DNA from: an uncultured Mollicutes bacterium
GTDB lineage: Bacteria; Bacillota_I; Bacilli_A; RFN20; CAG-288
DNA length: 38,799 nt
Direction: 5' to 3'
NCBI GenBank assembly: GCA_900549915.1
Contig: URQF01000002.1
Span: forward strand, 1 to 38,799
In this document: positions 37,499 to 38,799 of the stretch, piece after piece
Layout: each line of letters begins with the position of its first letter
Numbering within the stretch: the first letter of the stretch is position 1
The notes under the pieces: generated by a model
Seen by the model: the letters and a program-made list of their open reading frames with translations, nothing else
What the model was told of the DNA's origin: nothing
The model's database searches: none
Program-made: the position numbers and the translations under genes

Positions 37499-38725
37499 TT
37501 ACTTCTTATTACCGACTATCTGGTTGATCCAGTCTTCTGTTTCGACTTTGACAGTATTGATGTATTCGCCATCTTCCCTGACAAGGTTCTGTTTATAGAA
37601 AGCAAGATCTTTCTTATCGTCTTTATTCTTAGCAATCGTATGATTGGAAGAGTAGCATCCAATGGACTTTCCCCAAGGATTAAATCCTTCTGCTGTCCTC
37701 CTGTAGTTGGTAAAGAGCCTTGCAGTATATGGACGTGGTGCCTTAGTTGTTAACTGAGCATATAAGGCATAACCAAAGCCAGAGAACGGAGCAATTGGTT
37801 TGTCTTGCCAAGCACCGACAGTGAGGTTGTCAGCAACAACAGAGCTATCACGGAGTTTAGAAAGAACGAATAATCCCATCTTTCCAGCGTTCTTTGTGTC
37901 CGAAAGACCGGCTGCTAACTTTGTATCAGAGGTATAAGACTTAATATCAGCATTAGCTAAGAATTTTCCAATCCACTCATAGGAAGCATTCTTGTAACCA
38001 GCAGAAGCAACATAGTCTTTCTTGAAATAGTCTTTATAAGCCTGAGTCCTCTTAGCAACCCAGGTGTCTTTCGTTAACCTGGTCAAGAAGTTCCTGTTAA
38101 CCATTTCAGAGTTCGGGTTCTTGAAGTAAATTTTATCTTTGAATTTTGCTTCCGTAAGTTCCCAGACATTAGAGATGTTCGGAACATCTGTACCAGTGTT
38201 GTTCCAGATAAAAAGCTTATTGATATATTGATCGACAAGCGGAACAAGATCGCCTTCATCAAGGTTTGCTTTGAAGGTGTCACTGACATAGTTGGTCAGA
38301 ATTTTGGTGGGACTATTACGATAAGTAGCTAACCTAGCAGAATCCTGAATTAAAACGAAGGAAGCACCACTCGAATTATCCTTGGCAGAATATTCAGTAG
38401 TAATCTTGGTATAGATTTCAGAGTCCTTCCTCTTTGTACCAGTGGATTTTGCCGGATCAAGATTGAGTGCAGGATACTTTTTGATAAAGTCTTTAACAGC
38501 ATCAGCAATACGAGAAGAGTTACCGTAAGCTTTGAATGTGCCAGTCTCAGCTTTTGCTTTTTCTAATAATTCAGCATCAGTCCTTTTAGTTCCTAAGACA
38601 AACGGATCTGTAACTGTCGGTTCAGTACCTTTTCCACCGGCTGTCGTAGGAGTAGAATTAGAAGTTCCACCGCATCCAACTAATAGCGGTAAAAGTAAGA
38701 GAGTAAGACCAAAATGTTTTTTCAT
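37499..38725 (-). CDS. ABC transporter substrate-binding lipoprotein
   Basis: Signal peptide with lipobox LLVGCGG. It is the first gene of the operon, preceded by AAAGGAGG. The size and pattern fit a type-I/II solute-binding protein; the substrate is unknown. Confidence 0.75.
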   Translation of the reverse strand: MKKHFGLTLLLLPLLVGCGGTSNSTPTTAGGKGTEPTVTDPFVLGTKRTDAELLEKAKAETGTFKAYGNSSRIADAVKDFIKKYPALNLDPAKSTGTKRKDSEIYTKITTEYSAKDNSSGASFVLIQDSARLATYRNSPTKILTNYVSDTFKANLDEGDLVPLVDQYINKLFIWNNTGTDVPNISNVWELTEAKFKDKIYFKNPNSEMVNRNFLTRLTKDTWVAKRTQAYKDYFKKDYVASAGYKNASYEWIGKFLANADIKSYTSDTKLAAGLSDTKNAGKMGLFVLSKLRDSSVVADNLTVGAWQDKPIAPFSGFGYALYAQLTTKAPRPYTARLFTNYRRTAEGFNPWGKSIGCYSSNHTIAKNKDDKKDLAFYKQNLVREDGEYINTVKVETEDWINQIVGNKK

Positions 38726-38799
38726 TGTATGAGCCTCCTTTTTAATGCTCTAAAATGATTAAACAAGAAACGCTTCAGTTTACCTGTAATCGCTTCCGT

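Overview
Low-GC Firmicutes/Bacilli-type (Mollicutes-related) chromosomal window in three blocks. (1) 1-8.6 kb is housekeeping: mnmE-tatD-rnmV-rsmA, a small unknown ORF, an ArsB/NhaD-type permease and an M6-like metalloprotease lipoprotein. This block is bracketed by two copies of a 264-bp non-coding element. (2) 8.6-30.65 kb is a composite, decayed mobile region. It holds a tyrosine integrase, a 5'-truncated SNF2 helicase and a tRNA 3' fragment (att scar). A ~19.5 kb prophage remnant follows, keeping only the tail-tip/adsorption module (tape measure, Dit, giant Tal, fibres, a lipoprotein) and a holin cassette with no recognisable endolysin, all on the minus strand. (3) 31.6-38.7 kb is a minus-strand ABC uptake operon: lipoprotein SBP, fused double permease, MalK-type ATPase with a ~470-aa insertion, and a ROK-like kinase. 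The key observation is that the window does not use the standard code. AGG occupies invariant methionine positions of ABC-ATPase motifs (LRMIAGLE, HMTV, MDEPLSNLD, EMR, EAMTLA) and other Met/hydrophobic positions. Every catalytic or invariant arginine I checked is CGN or AGA. MnmE has 11 AGG codons and no internal ATG. This fits an AGG->Met sense-codon reassignment, reported to my knowledge only once, for an uncultivated Bacilli clade. Every R encoded by AGG in the supplied six-frame track should therefore be read as M. The prophage remnant also places AGG in hydrophobic contexts. TGA still acts as a stop codon.
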